A stretch of 64,000 bases of DNA. Origin: Eledone cirrhosa (lineage: Eukaryota). The notes below the pieces were generated by a model. That model was not told the DNA's origin and searched no databases. It saw nothing but the letters and a program-made list of their open reading frames with translations. Shown here one piece after another: positions 13,476-26,968 of this stretch (its first letter is position 1; the number at the start of each line of letters is the position of its first letter). Position numbers and translations under genes: made by a program. The stretch covers positions 34,596,001 to 34,660,000 of the forward strand of contig OZ024753.1 in the NCBI GenBank assembly GCA_964016885.1, in the 5' to 3' direction.

Positions 13476-15625
13476 AGGATGAATATAAAATGAAAGTGCT
13501 TTTGTTAAAAAAGGAATTTATTAGGTATTGACATATGTTTCTGTAACAGACCGAATACCTATGTATCGCTGCTTGCGTAATCATATAATGTTAGCAAGTA
13601 TTCGATAGCAAATGTATAATCAGTTGTCACTTCTTCAGAGATTTTGGATAAACTGGATAAAATCAGAAAAATTGAAGTATTTATATTAGTAAAAGAGGAA
13701 GGAACAGAGGGGATAGAATATGACAGATGGTAAAATAATTTACTGCTAAACAAGTATATAATGGGTTTTTAATGAGAATACCATGAGTAAATCTAAATAA
13801 GAATTTTGGGAGTGCCGATTTTAATCTCTACTTGACCAACTGGACAGTGGACAGGGCTGGTCATTTGGTGCAGTAGTATTAATCATAAAGTGTCAATTGG
13901 GGAAGGGGGAGATTTCGATTGCTACTAAATAACATCAATGCTAGTAGTCAGCTGGTATTTGCACTAGGGAATTGAATAAAAAAAATCAGAAATCTCATTT
14001 TATCTATAGCAGTTTGTATTAAAAGGTAAATAATAGAAGAGTTGATAGAATTAAGACTAATAAAGAATGTTCATATCTATTTTGACAATCAAACGGGGAT
14101 AGAGACAGGCGTTCAATCCTGGTAGTATTTATAATATGAAAATGTAGATTTTAAGCGATGGTTACAGTATAACGATCGCTCTATTCTGTTATTTAATAAA
14201 ATGTTTTTGGATTTCATAATACAAAATAATTCTACATTACATAATCTACAAAATTCCTGTCCATTGGAATATGGGGGGGGGGGGGGGGGGGGGGCAGTCG
14301 CTATTATATCCCATTTTAGGTGAAATTGTTGGTTATTTTCACGCAGCTGCCAAGCCTTGTCTGCGAGTGTTGTTACATAACGCTGGTTTTCATGTTTTAT
14401 CGAATAACGATGTCTATAAAGGCGTGATTTAAAGGAGGTGGCTGTAGATCCCACATAGTACCACTTCTGTCTATCCGATTCGATAGTACATTTGTATACG
14501 ATGTTGCGTTCAAGACACTGATTGTTCAACGGACACATTCCTGGTTGGACACAGTTGCAATTACAATTTTGCGTTGTTGTATTGCCATGGATGGGTTGAT
14601 GAGGTTGCTTATGTTGGACAGGATGTTGTTTGTTGTTTTGTGATGTTATAGCTAATGTTTTACGTGTATTGTTATGTGTTGGAAGGCGTTTATACAACCG
14701 TTTTGCGTTAAGCATTTTTATATGTTGTTCAATATTAGGGGCGGTTGAATATGAAAGTCGGATGGTGTTAGGGTTTAAGATTTTATTATATTTATGTGAT
14801 GTTGGAAAGTGTTTTCTAACTAATCGAAAGAATTTTGAGGGTAGATTGGTTTTAATAGATTTGTTATAGACCGGGTTGTACCAGATATACTCCTTACATC
14901 GCCTTCTGTTTGGTGGTGTGCGACTATTATTGTGTCTATTGCGGTAGTGTATGTATGGTGGTGATTCTGTGCTATTTCTACTCTTATGTGATTTATTTTG
15001 GGTGTTTTGGTGATCATTGACTATATACTCTATATTATCTAGGTGACCGGCTTTCCTAAGTGCATCATCATAATACTCGGCATGTTCTTTGAAGGTTTGT
15101 TGGTTGGACGATAGGCGGGAGATTCTAAGAGAAACATTTCTAGGGATGGATTTAATTATAGAGAGTGGATGGTTAGAACTCGTATTTACATATTTAAGGT
15201 TCTCATTTAGTTTATGGAACGGTTTAATCGTATCTGTATTGAGATTGAAAGTAACATCAAGGAAATTGACCTCTTTGAGGTTATATTCAAATGTAATATT
15301 TAATCCTAGTTCTTTAAAAAGTTTTCTGATATTTTTACGCATCCTTTCTAAATTCTGGTTATTCATATTCTTAACTAATAGGAGCGCATCGTCACGGTAA
15401 ATTCCACCGTGGAGATCCTTGAATTTTCCGTGTAATCTGTGGGTGATATAAATTCCCACAAGATCTGTTACTTCCGCCGAATCATTAGAACCCATAGTGA
15501 TATCAAAATTAGAAGGTCTATCTTTGCGAACCCAGTAGCTATCATCGAATTTAACTATAGTTTTTCTCGCTTCCATAATAATTTTAATTTCAGCATCCGT
15601 AAGGTCGGAATTATCCTTAGCGAAC
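13471..15625 (-). mobile_element. Inverted, 5'-truncated copy of the adjacent Naiad element (mirror of 16754-18901)
   Basis: Protein 14113-15636 matches the 775-aa ORF from FAKDNSDL onward except for poly-Pro (poly-G/C) length. The 3' UTR is also mirrored. The inversion junction at 15623-15625 has AAC microhomology. Confidence 0.93.
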
Positions 15626-15932
15626 TGATTATACATTTGCTATCGAATACTTGCTAACATTATATGATTACGCAAGCAGCGATACATAGGTATTCGGTCT
15701 GTTACAGAAACATATGTCAATACCTAATAAATTCCTTTTTTAACAAAAGCACTTTCATTTTATATTCATCCTTTCTACATTTCTCCGGAATATAATTTAT
15801 ACTCGTTGAGCAAACCTGCACGTACGCTGTTCATCTCTAACGTAACGATATATTATCACTACATTATTGATAACCTGAAATTTTATTAATCTCCTATACA
15901 GTTGAGCAACTAATTCAGCATACGCTTCTAAA

Positions 15933-18260
15933 ATGGAAAGGCACCAATTGGATATGTCGTTAAAAAACATACCTATTCAGGCAAAAAGGGAATATATTCT
16001 AGGTATGATACGAAGGACCAATGATTTTATTCGACGAATCAGATGGAAAACATTCCATTTTGACAAAAGCCGTATAAACCAAACATCGGATCTTAACAAG
16101 GATAAATTTGGATTTAAATCTTACAAGAACCCACCCTCAAACCCACTTTTGGATGCATTTGAACAAGACCTAATGGATATGATCATGGAGATCAAATTTA
16201 CAAAACGTAAGAACAATAAACTACAGAATGACATCACGGCACTGCTCAATAATCTAAAAAACGCCAATGGAGTTATTGTTAGAGCAGACAAAACATCAAA
16301 CGTATATACCATGGATGTGGACACTTACAATAACTTCATCCGTAAGGAATTGCATAAAAAATACAGGAAAACTAATGAAGCCACACTTAAAAACATCAAC
16401 AACTCGGCATGTGATATTGTTAAAAAACTTTGTATTGACGATAGAACGCAACCCTTAACACCAGCTATACCATCCTTCAACCTGAAGGACCACAAGGTAA
16501 ACTTCGATACTAACCCTAATATTAGACTTATATGCCCCTCTAAATCTGATATAGGTAAAATTAGCAAATATATACTAGACAGAATTATCCCCCAAGTTAA
16601 GGTTAAAGTAGAGATTAAACTATGGGGTAACACTCATGAAGCAATAAGATGGTTTAACAACATTACTGATAAGAAAAAATCAAAATTTATTCAGTTTGAT
16701 ATTGATGAATATTATTCCTCAATTTCACCTGACACTCTACATGAAGCTCTTTCGTTCGCTAAGGATAATTCCGACCTTACGGATGCTGAAATTAAAATTA
16801 TTATGGAAGCGAGAAAAACTATAGTTAAATTCGATGATAGCTACTGGGTTCGCAAAGATAGACCTTCTAATTTTGATATCACTATGGGTTCTAATGATTC
16901 GGCGGAAGTAACAGATCTTGTGGGAATTTATATCACCCACAGATTACACGGAAAATTCAAGGATCTCCACGGTGGAATTTACCGTGACGATGCGCTCCTA
17001 TTAGTTAAGAATATGAATAACCAGAATTTAGAAAGGATGCGTAAAAATATCAGAAAACTTTTTAAAGAACTAGGATTAAATATTACATTTGAATATAACC
17101 TCAAAGAGGTCAATTTCCTTGATGTTACTTTCAATCTCAATACAGATACGATTAAACCGTTCCATAAACTAAATGAGAACCTTAAATATGTAAATACGAG
17201 TTCTAACCATCCACTCTCTATAATTAAATCCATCCCTAGAAATGTTTCTCTTAGAATCTCCCGCCTATCGTCCAACCAACAAACCTTCAAAGAACATGCC
17301 GAGTATTATGATGATGCACTTAGGAAAGCCGGTCACCTAGATAATATAGAGTATATAGTCAATGATCACCAAAACACCCAAAATAAATCACATAAGAGTA
17401 GAAATAGCACAGAATCACCACCATACATACACTACCGCAATAGACACAATAATAGTCGCACACCACCAAACAGAAGGCGATGTAAGGAGTATATCTGGTA
17501 CAACCCGGTCTATAACAAATCTATTAAAACCAATCTACCCTCAAAATTCTTTCGATTAGTTAGAAAACACTTTCCAACATCACATAAATATAATAAAATC
17601 TTAAACCCTAACACCATCCGACTTTCATATTCAACCGCCCCTAATATTGAACAACATATAAAAATGCTTAACGCAAAACGGTTGTATAAACGCCTTCCAA
17701 CACATAACAATACACGTAAAACATTAGCTATAACATCACAAAACAACAAACAACATCCTGTCCAACATAAGCAACCTCATCAACCCATCCATGGCAATAC
17801 AACAACGCAAAATTGTAATTGCAACTGTGTCCAACCAGGAATGTGTCCGTTGAACAATCAGTGTCTTGAACGCAACATCGTATACAAATGTACTATCGAA
17901 TCGGATAGACAGAAGTGGTACTATGTGGGATCTACAGCCACCTCCTTTAAATCACGCCTTTATAGACATCGTTATTCGATAAAACATGAAAACCAGCGTT
18001 ATGTAACAACACTCGCAGACAAGGCTTGGCAGCTGCGTGAAAATAACCAACAATTTCACCTAAAATGGGATATAATAGCGACTGCCCCCCCCCCCCCCCC
18101 ATATTCCAATGGACAGGAATTTTGTAGATTATGTAATGTAGAATTATTTTGTATTATGAAATCCAAAAACATTTTATTAAATAACAGAATAGAGCGATCG
18201 TTATACTGTAACCATCGCTTAAAATCTACATTTTCATATTATAAATACTACCAGGATTGA
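15933..18260 (+). CDS. Penelope-like reverse transcriptase / GIY-YIG endonuclease polyprotein (Naiad clade), 775 aa, intact
   Basis: N-terminal SLKNIP..FIRRIRWKTFHF. RT motifs ADKTSNVY, LKDHK..NIRLICP, QFDIDEYY, FDITMGS, IYRDD, VNFLDVTF, SNHP. Linker CNCVQPGMCPLNNQC. Endonuclease IVYKC..YYVGST..FKSRLYRH. C-terminal CRLCNVE..LNNRIE..CNH extension characteristic of Naiads. ATG start, no internal stops. Confidence 0.93.
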   Translation: MERHQLDMSLKNIPIQAKREYILGMIRRTNDFIRRIRWKTFHFDKSRINQTSDLNKDKFGFKSYKNPPSNPLLDAFEQDLMDMIMEIKFTKRKNNKLQNDITALLNNLKNANGVIVRADKTSNVYTMDVDTYNNFIRKELHKKYRKTNEATLKNINNSACDIVKKLCIDDRTQPLTPAIPSFNLKDHKVNFDTNPNIRLICPSKSDIGKISKYILDRIIPQVKVKVEIKLWGNTHEAIRWFNNITDKKKSKFIQFDIDEYYSSISPDTLHEALSFAKDNSDLTDAEIKIIMEARKTIVKFDDSYWVRKDRPSNFDITMGSNDSAEVTDLVGIYITHRLHGKFKDLHGGIYRDDALLLVKNMNNQNLERMRKNIRKLFKELGLNITFEYNLKEVNFLDVTFNLNTDTIKPFHKLNENLKYVNTSSNHPLSIIKSIPRNVSLRISRLSSNQQTFKEHAEYYDDALRKAGHLDNIEYIVNDHQNTQNKSHKSRNSTESPPYIHYRNRHNNSRTPPNRRRCKEYIWYNPVYNKSIKTNLPSKFFRLVRKHFPTSHKYNKILNPNTIRLSYSTAPNIEQHIKMLNAKRLYKRLPTHNNTRKTLAITSQNNKQHPVQHKQPHQPIHGNTTTQNCNCNCVQPGMCPLNNQCLERNIVYKCTIESDRQKWYYVGSTATSFKSRLYRHRYSIKHENQRYVTTLADKAWQLRENNQQFHLKWDIIATAPPPPPYSNGQEFCRLCNVELFCIMKSKNILLNNRIERSLYCNHRLKSTFSYYKYYQD

Positions 18261-18733
18261 ACGCCTGTCTCTATCCCCGTTTGATTGTCAAAATAGATAT
18301 GAACATTCTTTATTAGTCTTAATTCTATCAACTCTTCTATTATTTACCTTTTAATACAAACTGCTATAGATAAAATGAGATTTCTGATTTTTTTATTCAA
18401 TTCCCTAGTGCAAATACCAGCTGACTACTAGCATTGATGTTATTTAGTAGCAATCGAAATCTCCCCCTTCCCCAATTGACACTTTATGATTAATACTACT
18501 GCACCAAATGACCAGCCCTGTCCACTGTCCAGTTGGTCAAGTAGAGATTAAAATCGGCACTCCCAAAATTCTTATTTAGATTTACTCATGGTATTCTCAT
18601 TAAAAACCCATTATATACTTGTTTAGCAGTAAATTATTTTACCATCTGTCATATTCTATCCCCTCTGTTCCTTCCTCTTTTACTAATATAAATACTTCAA
18701 TTTTTCTGATTTTATCCAGTTTATCCAAAATCT

Positions 18734-18842
18734 CTGAAGAAGTGACAACTGATTATACATTTGCTATCGAATACTTGCTAACATTATATGATTACGCAAG
18801 CAGCGATACATAGGTATTCGGTCTGTTACAGAAACATATGTC
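18734..18842 (+). ncRNA. Hammerhead-like motif with very long stem II in the Naiad 3' pLTR (mirror copy at 13530-13638, - strand)
   Basis: CTGAAGA-aGTGACA...~80-nt nested hairpin...TGTTACa-GAAAC-ATAT-GTC with palindromic stem III ACATATGT. Stem I pairing is poor. Confidence 0.4.
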
Positions 18843-18896
18843 AATACCTAATAAATTCCTTTTTTAACAAAAGCACTTTCATTTTATATTCATCCT

Positions 18897-19604
<708 letters not shown>

Positions 19605-21450
19605 TACTCTTTTACTCTTTTACCTGTTTCAGCCATCCGGCTGAGGCCATGCTGGGGCACCGCCCTTGTTGCTACACATTTTATCTCCAGCCTGTATAGG
19701 TTGGCCACTGGTGTAAGAGGGAGTTTGTTGCTGCTGCCCTTAGGTTTCCCTCGTGTCTTGCTGTGGGCTCATCCGGGATCCTGGATAACAAGGTGTCGAG
19801 ATGTTTCTTAAAGACATCCACCTTCACGTCGTGCAAATCTCTCAGATCCCTCGGCAGCCTGTTGAAGAGTTGAGGGCCCTTGAATCCCAGGCCATTGCAA
19901 TACCTGCTCCTTATTCTAGATGCGGAAGACGGGACCTTTGGCACCACACAGTAACGTCCTGTTCGACGGTTGGACCAGCTCCCAATGCCAAAGTTTGGTG
20001 CTAGTCCCTCCAGGATTTTCCACATGTAGATCACTGCGTATCTCTCCCGTCTTCGCTCCAAGGAGTAGAGGTTCAGTTCCTTTAGCCTCTCCCAGTAGCT
20101 TGTCTCCCTCATCTTGGCAAACCTCTTGGTGTAGCTTCGCTGGATTGCCTCAAGCTCCGTGGTTAGTTTGACACTATGGGGTGACCACAACTGGGAGCAG
20201 TAGTCCAGGCGGCTTAGGACAAATGTCCTCCATAGTGCCAACATGGTGTCTCGATCTCTTGTCCGGAAAGTCCTCAAGATCCAGCCAGCGAGTCCTCTGC
20301 ACATTGTCGCCACTTTCATGATGTGTGAAGAAAAAGATGCATCATCGCTCATGTCTATGCCCAGGTCTCGTATCGATTTTGACACGGGGATATCGGTCCC
20401 TCCTGGTCCTGTGTAGTTGTGTTCCACTATGTTTGCAGGTTTGTTTGGAGGTTTGTATTGTAGGGCTTGGAATTTGCCAGCATTAAACTGCATGTTGTTT
20501 TCTTCCGCCCATTTGTATATGGCATCCAGATCCTGCTGTAAAAGGGCAGCGTCAGCCGGGTTTTTGATTGCCTATGCTACCTTAGTGTCATCAGCATAGC
20601 TAGTGAGGGATGTTGTATGCACTACAGAGGGCATGTCTGAGAGAGCCACCAAAAACAGTAGTGGTCCCAGGACTGTCCCCTGGGGCACCCCACTTGTTAT
20701 TGGTGTTTCCCTCGAGAGGGTCCCATTTGCTGCGACTGCCTGGCTTCTGTCCCTTAGGAAGCCATGCAGCCACTCAACTACTTTTCCAGTTATGCCGAGT
20801 CCGTGTAGTTTGTGACATCATTCCGTGGTCGACCTTGTCAAAGGCCTTCGCAAAGTCAAGATATATCACGTCCACATGTGAGCTGTCTAGTAGTTGTCTC
20901 AGTATCCAGTCGTAGTGATGTAGCAGCTGTGTAAGGCAGCTTCTTCCTGGGCGGAAGCCATGTTGCGTGCTAGTCAAGCGGTCATTTTCCTCGAGGAAAG
21001 TGATCAGTTTCTTTCTGACGACTCGCTCCATGACCTTACTGATATGCTACGTCAGGGAGACTGGCCTATAGTTTTTGGCCTCCGCTCTGCTACCCCCTTT
21101 ATGGATATGGCATATTGTGCCTTCTTTCAGCTCCCTGGGTAGTACACCCTAGCCAAGAAGCTTCTGAAGAGCATCTTCAGTAGAGTTGCTAAGGCGCGCT
21201 TACATATTTTTAAGAGAACTGCTGGGAATCCATCAGGTCCAGCAGCCGAGTCTGTTCTAATTTCATCAATGGCGTACACCACATCCTCCTCCGTTATGTC
21301 TATGTGGTTGATGGTTGCCATTTCTTGATGTAGTGTTGTGGCATCAAAGAACTCCTCTGGCTTCGTTATTTGCATGTGCCTCAGTGGACATGTGAACACA
21401 CTTTTGTACTGTTCGTTCAGTATTTCACATATCTCTTGGGGATTTTCGGT
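19605..21450 (-). mobile_element. 5'-truncated, frameshifted CR1-group LINE (family 1), RT and C-terminal region
   Basis: Minus-strand pieces SAAGPDGFPAVLLK, QHGFRPGRSCLTQLLHHYD, YLDFAKAFDKVDHG, GVPQGTV, YADD, LRTFRTR, LYSLERRRERY, IPDEPT..NSLLHQ. The 3' UTR ends in a (TAAAAGAG)x2 tail abutting (TA)n. Confidence 0.88.
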
Positions 21451-21505
21451 TAAAGGATAGTAAAACAAATATATATATATATTTCGTTTAAATTTATACA
21501 CACAC

Positions 21506-21537
<32 letters not shown>

Positions 21538-21560
21538 TTGTTTGTATAAATTTAAACGAA

Positions 21561-21593
<33 letters not shown>

Positions 21594-21682
21594 TGTATAA
21601 ATTTAAACCAAATATATATATATATATATATTTGTAAGGATAGTAAAACAAATATATATATATATATTTCGTTTAAATTTAT

Positions 21683-21745
<63 letters not shown>

Positions 21746-21752
21746 CATACAT

Positions 21753-21789
<37 letters not shown>

Positions 21790-21840
21790 GATATATAGAT
21801 ATAGATATATATACATACATACATACATATATACAAAGCG

Positions 21841-22050
21841 TATACACATACTCGCATACAACTCAAAACATACACATCCACACGTACAATAACATCCATA
21901 CCTACACATGCATGCATGCAGACATGCATACATATCTACCTAGTTGATGTGTAAATTCCAATGAGAGAGTCTTGTACCTATGTTAGAAACTGACTCTGTC
22001 TCTCTATTGGCAAACATTTGTGAAATTATAAAACCAGAAGAACTTACATA
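21841..22050. repeat. Unclassified dispersed repeat (second copy ~46120-46330)
   Basis: CATACAACTCAAAACAT...GAGAGAGTCTTGT...ATTGGCAAACATTTGTGAAATTATAAAACCAGAAGAAC occurs at both loci. Confidence 0.8.
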
Positions 22051-22413
22051 CATACATATATGTAACTTAAAACAATGAAATAAAAAATCAAGTCATTAGA
22101 GATATACTTCACTGCTTTACGATCGTTTCTAGGTAGTGATAATACATTGTATCTATACTCAGTTATTGATCTATGTAAGTTTACAAACTATCAGATAGAG
22201 ATAATATTTACTTACATGCATATCACCAGCTGTTTTCAAAAGCAATTTCATTGTTTTAACTTATATCATGACTCTGTTTTCCTTTTAAAGTTTTATTGTT
22301 TTCTGAGATTTATCTTAACCTACAACATTTTCAACATATGGATTACATTGAGTTCTTCATACAGAATAGACCCGACAACTTACAGTGGATACCTCTGTAC
22401 ATATATATATATA

Positions 22414-22595
22414 ACTGTTTCTACTTTAGGCACAAGGCCAGCAATTACCCAGTGCATTACTGGTACTTTATTTTATCGACCCCGTAAGGAGGAAAGGCAA
22501 AGTCAACCTCGGCGGGATTTGAACTCAGATCGTAAAGGGACGTAATTATGCTGGAAAGCATGGCGTCCGACCCTCTACCGATACTGCCAATCCAC
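22414..22595 (-). mobile_element. tRNA-derived SINE family A (central GCCTTTCATCCTTACGGGGTCGATAAAATAAAGTACCAG domain, Meta/MESC-like)
   Basis: Reverse complement has A box TGGCAGTATCGG, B box GAGTTCAAATCC, the conserved central domain and tail GGCCTTGTGCCTAAAGTAGAAACA. More than 15 full or partial copies in the window. The domain name is from memory, not a search. Confidence 0.85.
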
Positions 22596-22757
22596 ATATA
22601 TATATGACGTCAATTGATTTGAACGTTAACAGCGCCACATCAATCCAAAGCTTACAATGAACTTAAGTATATGGAATCCATGATTGATATTCAACCTCAC
22701 GTACCGGACCCATTTCATATAATATATCATATATATATATGTGTGTGTGTGGGGGGG

Positions 22758-22807
<50 letters not shown>

Positions 22808-22837
22808 TACATATAAGTGCGCATGGTGGGGTATATA

Positions 22838-22901
<64 letters not shown>

Positions 22902-23112
22902 TATATACATATATATACATATATGTGTGTATGGTGGGGTATATATATATATGTACATATATATATATATACACACATATATATATATATACATCCACAC
23001 ACACACATATATATATACATACACACACACATATATATATATACACACACACACACATATATATATACACATATATATACATACACACACACACATATAT
23101 ATATATATACAT

Positions 23113-23155
<43 letters not shown>

Positions 23156-23298
23156 TATATATATACATACACACACACACATATATATATATATACATAC
23201 ACACACACACATATATATATACATACACACACATATATATATATACATACACACACATATATATATATATACAAACACACACACATATATATATACAT

Positions 23299-23331
<33 letters not shown>

Positions 23332-23342
23332 CATACACACAC

Positions 23343-23373
<31 letters not shown>

Positions 23374-23755
23374 TTCATACATATATTGAATGATACATAT
23401 TTATGCTAAAACTCTTTGTAAATCTGAATCTGAAGAATTACAGATAAATCTAATGTAGATACAACTGTCGTATTTAATTAGACTACATCACTGTGAAGGG
23501 CAATGACTATTAACTATTCACAGAGAAATATGAAATTATATTTATGTATTTCAGAGATATTAGCTTCGCCAAAGGTTTTGGTATACGGAGTAATATTATT
23601 ATAGCCACGCTATATATGTTATATAATGTCATATATGATAAAGTATAGTAGAAATTGTCAATCTAATTTACACAGAGGTTTGTGAGGTTGTAGATTGACA
23701 AATTGTTAAGCACCATATTTAACATGAGGACTTAAGCGACACTATTATATATATA

Positions 23756-23933
23756 TTGGCAGTATCGGTAGAGGGTCAGACGCCATGCATTGACGTATAG
23801 AGTTACGGCCCTTGTCATTCTGAGTTCAAATCCCGCCGAGGTTAACTTTGCCTTTCATCCTTACGAGATCGATAAAATAAAGAACCAGTAATGTACTGGG
23901 TAATTGCTGGCCTTGTGCCAAACGTAGAAACAA

Positions 23934-23936
<3 letters not shown>
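23756..23936 (+). mobile_element. SINE family A
   Basis: TTGGCAGTATCGGTAGAGGG...GAGTTCAAATCCCGCCGAGG...GTAGAAACAATT. Confidence 0.85.
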
Positions 23937-23966
<30 letters not shown>

Positions 23967-24101
23967 GCTATATGTATATACATTTATACACACATATATA
24001 TATATTTATACATTATGTATATATGTATGTATATGCATATTATATATATACATAATTTATATATATATATATATGTATGTATATATACATATATACATTC
24101 T

Positions 24102-24145
24102 AGCATGGCCTCAGCCGGATGGCTGGTACAGATAAAAGAGTAAAA
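24102..24145 (+). mobile_element. Extreme 3'-end fragment of CR1-group LINE family 1 in a (TA)n tract
   Basis: AGCATGGCCTCAGCCGGATGGCTGGTACAGATAAAAGAGTAAAA matches the reverse complement of ~19610-19653. Confidence 0.8.
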
Positions 24146-24261
24146 TATATATATATACATATACATATATATGCATATATATATATATACATAATCTATC
24201 TATCTATATATTTGATATATATTTATCCTTGGATTTTAGTCTTCAAATTTATTATTATTAC

Positions 24262-24389
<128 letters not shown>

Positions 24390-24788
24390 ATAATAATAAT
24401 ATATATATAATATATAGTAATAATAATAAATATATATATACTATATACAAGCACAAGAGATTAGGAAGAGATTAGGAATTTATTTGCTTTAACAGATGTT
24501 TACATATGTTTCTATGTCTATTATAAATTGTCTACATATAGTGACTACAATATATATATATTGTTGAACCAGAGGCAGCAGAGAGGTGTTCCAGTTAGAA
24601 CCTGTCAGCAAAATCTCTATACGGTTAAAATACAGAACACACGTCTCCAATATCCAAATGGTTAAATATCAGCAGAAGGGATCCGAGTGCCGTGACCTGG
24701 ATACGACCTGGCCCCCTGAGAGTTAAGGACCGAAACACTTGCGTGAAGGGAGATGGGTTCTTCTTCTTTTATATATATGGGTTCTTCT

Positions 24789-24869
<81 letters not shown>

Positions 24870-24927
24870 TGGAAGTGAGTAAAATCGAAGTTGCGGCTTT
24901 CGGCTAGCATCCTCGAAAAAACAACAA

Positions 24928-24979
<52 letters not shown>

Positions 24980-25070
24980 AGTATATGTTGGTTGTATACC
25001 AACACCTCAGTATGCAGGCTGGAGCACTCGACGAAGTACGCAGGTTGGTTTGGTTACTCCGGAGTAATGT

Positions 25071-25270
25071 AAAATAAAGTAAAATAAAAAGTCAAATGTT
25101 TAAAATTTAGCTTCGTTTACCACTGCTATATATATTTCGGTGACAGCCATCCTTGGCTGTGACCTCCTCAGGCAGTCCGAACTAGTGTGGTATAGACAAG
25201 TACATGTACTTGTCTATACCAGTCTAGTAAACGAAGGTAAATTTTAAACATTTGACTTTTTATTTTACTT

Positions 25271-25276
<6 letters not shown>
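25071..25276. repeat. Fold-back element with ~50-bp inverted arms enclosing a hammerhead motif and a 34-bp perfect palindrome
   Basis: Arms AAAATAAAGTAAAATAAAAAGTCAAATGTTTAAAATTTAGCTTCGTTTAC / GTAAACGAAGGTAAATTTTAAACATTTGACTTTTTATTTTACTTTATTTT; inner palindrome TGGTATAGACAAGTACATGTACTTGTCTATACCA (25188-25221). Confidence 0.88.
25122..25176 (-). ncRNA. Minimal type I hammerhead ribozyme motif
   Basis: Minus strand ACTGC-CTGAGGA-GGTcACAGCCA agga TGGCTGTcACC-GAAA-TATATA-TA-GCAGT: perfect stem I, 10-bp stem II, palindromic stem III, AUA cleavage triplet. Confidence 0.7.
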
Positions 25277-25325
<49 letters not shown>

Positions 25326-25735
25326 CTCAATAGTATTATGTTTCTCTTTCTTACGTTAGTTTAAAGAGTGACTGTCCTATGATTTTAATTAGCCGAATTC
25401 ATGACAATTATTTAAGCAGATATTCCAACAGGAATTTCCATATTAAGTTAGAAATATATATTGGGAAATTGAGCAGTTATATGTTTAAAGGTGAAGCACA
25501 GGCAAAGATGTTTGTATATAGTACATAAGTGTTTTCTACGACAGATTTCTTTTTCAACACTTGTCAAATACTCCAACACTGTGTAACTAATCCTGAGAGC
25601 TACATTCATTAGTTCTCAGGAATATGTCCTGTCGTCAATTAACATAAGAAACAAATAGATATATATATAATAGATTATTAATTTCCTTTCCTAAGTTGAT
25701 AGACTCAAATACACAGTATATATATATAGTGTAAT

Positions 25736-25898
25736 ATGGTAATATGGACGTAAACAAGAGAAGAAATCCTTCATCAGCTGTTTACTGCAGATCATAGATG
25801 TTTCGGCGCTTAAAACTGTTTTAAGCGCCGAAACATCTATGATCTGAAGTTAACAGCTGACGAAGGGTTTCTTCTCTTGTTTACGTCCATATTACCAT
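25736..25898. repeat. ~163-bp near-perfect palindrome
   Basis: ATGGTAATATGGACGTAAACAAGAGAAGAAA...GGCGCTTAAAAC-t-GTTTTAAGCGCC...TTTCTTCTCTTGTTTACGTCCATATTACCAT; each arm carries CGAAAC and CTGA(T/C)GA. Confidence 0.92.
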
Positions 25899-25944
25899 CT
25901 TACACTTTGTTTACAGTAACCACACAGCCTGCTTCGTTTCTTGC

Positions 25945-25984
<40 letters not shown>

Positions 25985-26037
25985 GTCTCTCCACCACTCC
26001 CCTACACACCTTTTGAACTCTGTTCCCACACACTTCT

Positions 26038-26071
26038 CACCTGAGGAAGGGCTTATGCCCGAAACATCGTC
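26038..26071 (+). ncRNA. Degenerate hammerhead motif (related to 5934-5969)
   Basis: CAC-CTGAGGA-aGGGC ttat GCCC-GAAAC-ATC-GTC; core and stem II intact, stem I poor. Confidence 0.45.
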
Positions 26072-26452
26072 CCCCACCTACCCCCCACTCTCCTGAGCGT
26101 GAAATTAATAAACATTTATTGTACTGCCTCTCTGTTTTGTCCCTGTTCAAATTTTTCCATTATATATATGTATATATACAACGATCAGTACAACCTTTCA
26201 AATATCCGTATCTATTCTGACGCCCATTAGCTAACTGTAGGAACTGCCTATGTGTCCTTGTTTTTCAAGAGAGAGAGAGACCCTTTTCCTATTATTTCAA
26301 GCCTTAAACTAATATATTTCCTCATTGTACTGTGTCTTTTGCTTTCTTATTTCTGTTTACCTTTTACACACACACACACACACACACGTATAATATGATA
26401 TACATACACACCAACATATATATATATATAAATATACACACACGCCTATATA

Positions 26453-26495
<43 letters not shown>

Positions 26496-26701
26496 AAGAG
26501 AAAGAGAAAGAGTGTGTGTGTGTGTGTGCGTGCGTGCGTGAAATTCACAGCAAATGGAGAAAAATAGACATCCTTATATGTTTCTTTCGTATAATTGTCA
26601 GGATATTTTCCAAATGATTTAATAACTGCATCATTAAAACTGTGGATGTAGCTTTCAGCGTGATTTACTTCGCGGTGTGACATTAAATCTTCAAGTATAA
26701 T

Positions 26702-26801
<100 letters not shown>

Positions 26802-26910
26802 GAGAGAGATACATATGCATAAATATATATATATATAGCTACATATGCATATATATATAAACATAGATACATAGACATACACACACACACACACACACAT
26901 ACACACAGAT

Positions 26911-26967
<57 letters not shown>

Positions 26968-26968
26968 T

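Larger units (their letters stand above)
15623..18901 (+). mobile_element. Full-length Naiad-type Penelope-like retroelement with pseudo-LTRs
   Basis: A 155-bp direct repeat (15623-15777 = 18747-18901) flanks the 5' UTR, the single ORF and the 3' UTR; the 3' end runs into (TA)n. Partial tandem plus inverted architecture is typical of PLEs. Confidence 0.92.

Noticed and set aside
14113-15636. Independent 507-aa gene
   Set aside because: Inverted truncated copy of the Naiad ORF; its ATG comes from antisense pLTR sequence across the inversion junction.
15933-18260. Selenocysteine recoding as reported for some Naiad elements
   Set aside because: The ORF has no in-frame TGA, and the conserved Cys positions are ordinary Cys in the translation.
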